The position numbers and the translations under genes were made by a program. The notes beneath the pieces are model-generated. The model saw only the letters and a program-made list of their open reading frames with translations. It was not told the DNA's origin and made no database searches. A DNA stretch of 64,000 bases, from positions 11,284,001-11,348,000 of the forward strand of contig NC_088803.1 in the NCBI RefSeq assembly GCF_011386835.1, written 5' to 3'. Shown in pieces: positions 62,471-64,000 of the stretch. How positions within the stretch are numbered: the stretch's first letter is position 1; every line of letters starts with the position of its first letter. The DNA is from Chrysemys picta bellii. Lineage: Eukaryota.

Positions 62471-63350
62471 CAGCCCCAGGATAGAGGGACTGGCTGGCTC
62501 CAGGGGGCAGGGAATAGACTACAGGAGAGCCAGCTCCAATCCAGCCCCAGGCGGGGGGACGGGCTGGAGAATGGGATATGGGGTAGGATGGATGGACGGA
62601 CGGCGCTGAGCTAGGCACAGCTCGGATGGACAGATGGATGGAGCTCAGACAGATGGATACGCAGCGTCTAGCCAGACAGAGCTGGGAGATATGGCGCTGG
62701 AATGAGGGACAGATCGATAGATAGAGGTCGGATGCAGCGGTTAGCTGGACAGATGAACGCTGTATGGACTGAGGGGTCAGGCAGGCCCAGCCAGGAGAAT
62801 GAAGGGCGGTTACATTAGTGGCAGCTGTTGCGCTGTGCAGAGGCACCTGGCCCGACTTGTTCCCAGGGAGCTGGGCAGGCCCTCCCTGCTATGCTGTCAG
62901 ACCGGCCTCTCGCCGGTGCCAGCCCTCAGCCCCAGAGGCGCCAGCCAGGGCCCCCAGCCAGTACCACGCCCCGATGGGGCCCAAGCCAGGGAGCTAATTC
63001 TGGCAGGTAATTAACAGATGGGGTGGCAAAGTGATGGGCAGGGGGAGGGCAGCATGGGAGTCAGAGAGGTGGGAACTCCCGTGGGCAGTTTGTGGTGGGA
63101 CGGGAACGAGAATAGGGCTGGCAGAAGGAGAGCAGGGACTGGCCCCAACAGGGCCAACGGGTCTGAGGGCATCTCCCTAGGGAAGGATGGACTTGCCCGT
63201 TGGGGCTGGTCTTGCCCTAGGGGATGGGGCTACGCAGGGCAGGGGTGTGTGTGTGTGTGTGTGTCATGGCACTGCCTGGGGGAAGGGCCCATCCTGACCT
63301 AGGCAAGGGAGGTTTGAGGGTGGATGAGAGCATACAGGGTTATTTTAAAG

Positions 63351-63571
63351 CAGGGGTTCTCAAATTGGGGGTCAGGACCCCTCAGGGGGTCATGAGGTTA
63401 TTACATGGGGAGTCGCGAGCTGTCAGCTTCCACCCCAAACCCCGCTTTGCCTCCAGCATTTATAATGGTGTTAAATATATAAACAAGTGTTTTTAATTTA
63501 TAAGGGGGGGGTCACACTCAGAGGCTTGCTGTGTGAAAGGGGTCACCAGTACAAAAGTTTGAGAACTCCTC
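63351..63571. mobile_element. hAT MITE
   Basis: TIR CAGGGGTTCTCAAA / TTTGAGAACTCCTC; TSD TTTTAAAG / CTTTAAAG. Confidence 0.8.
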
Positions 63572-63710
63572 CTTTAAAGGGTCTGGACAAGGGGTGGCAG
63601 CTATTTAGTTGAATATTGCCCTGTTCACTGCTGCCCTCTAGTGCCCATTATACAGTATAGCCGCCCCTTCCCCACCCCCACCCTCTGCTGGCCCTAGTGA
63701 CATTATACAG

Positions 63711-64000
63711 CAGGGGTCTCAAACTCAAATGACCATGAGGGCCACACGAGGACTAGTATATTGGCCCGAGGGCCGCATTACTGACACCTCCCCCCCCCGC
63801 CGCCCTCGGCCCCATCCCCACTCCACCCCTTCCATGAGGCCCCGCTCCTGCCCCCAGGGCCGGCTTTAGGCCGATTCAGCCGATTCGGCTGAATTGGGCC
63901 CCGCGCTAAGAGGGCCCCGCTCCGCAGCTCTCCACCCCGCCCTCAGCTCACTTCCCCCTCGTCCCCTCCCCTGAACGCTCCGCCCCCTGCTCCTCCCCCT
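63711..64000. mobile_element. 5' end of a hAT MITE with a second hAT-like element nested at 63855; runs off the window
   Basis: CAGGGGTCTCAAACTC at 63711; CAGGGCCGGC at 63855. Confidence 0.6.

Overview
GC-rich, gene-dense vertebrate genomic DNA, almost certainly from a turtle (inferred from tortoise-type tRNA/CR1-tail SINEs, CR1, Penelope, hAT and Harbinger MITE families). I reconstructed five genes exon by exon from GT-AG boundaries and recalled homology. They lie in the same order and orientation as human 15q14: EMC4 (+, 181 aa), SLC12A6/KCC3 (-, 1149 aa, with alternative first exon 1b, the 45-nt cassette exon and two U12-type introns), NOP10 (-, 64 aa), NUTM1 (+, start uncertain) and LPCAT4 (-, 501 aa). 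A sixth gene that the ORF track misses sits at the left edge, head-to-head with EMC4: exons 1-2 of a granzyme/mast-cell-protease (chymase-locus type) serine protease. The most unusual observations are: (i) that protease and its adjacency to EMC4; (ii) a frame break in the NUTM1 N-terminal exon that a 55-nt GT-AG mini-intron would repair exactly; (iii) a triple-nested hAT insertion with three perfect 8-bp TSDs carrying CpG-island-like cargo, which splits a ZNF143-motif array between NOP10 and NUTM1; (iv) Penelope remnants with minimal hammerhead-ribozyme-like motifs in LPCAT4 intron 1; (v) a triplicated EMC4 splice donor that allows an in-frame 21-aa extension; (vi) a 4x ~55-aa repeat in the NUTM1 tail. 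Most long ORFs in the track are artefacts of tandem repeats. No database search was possible, so all homology calls rest on recalled sequences.
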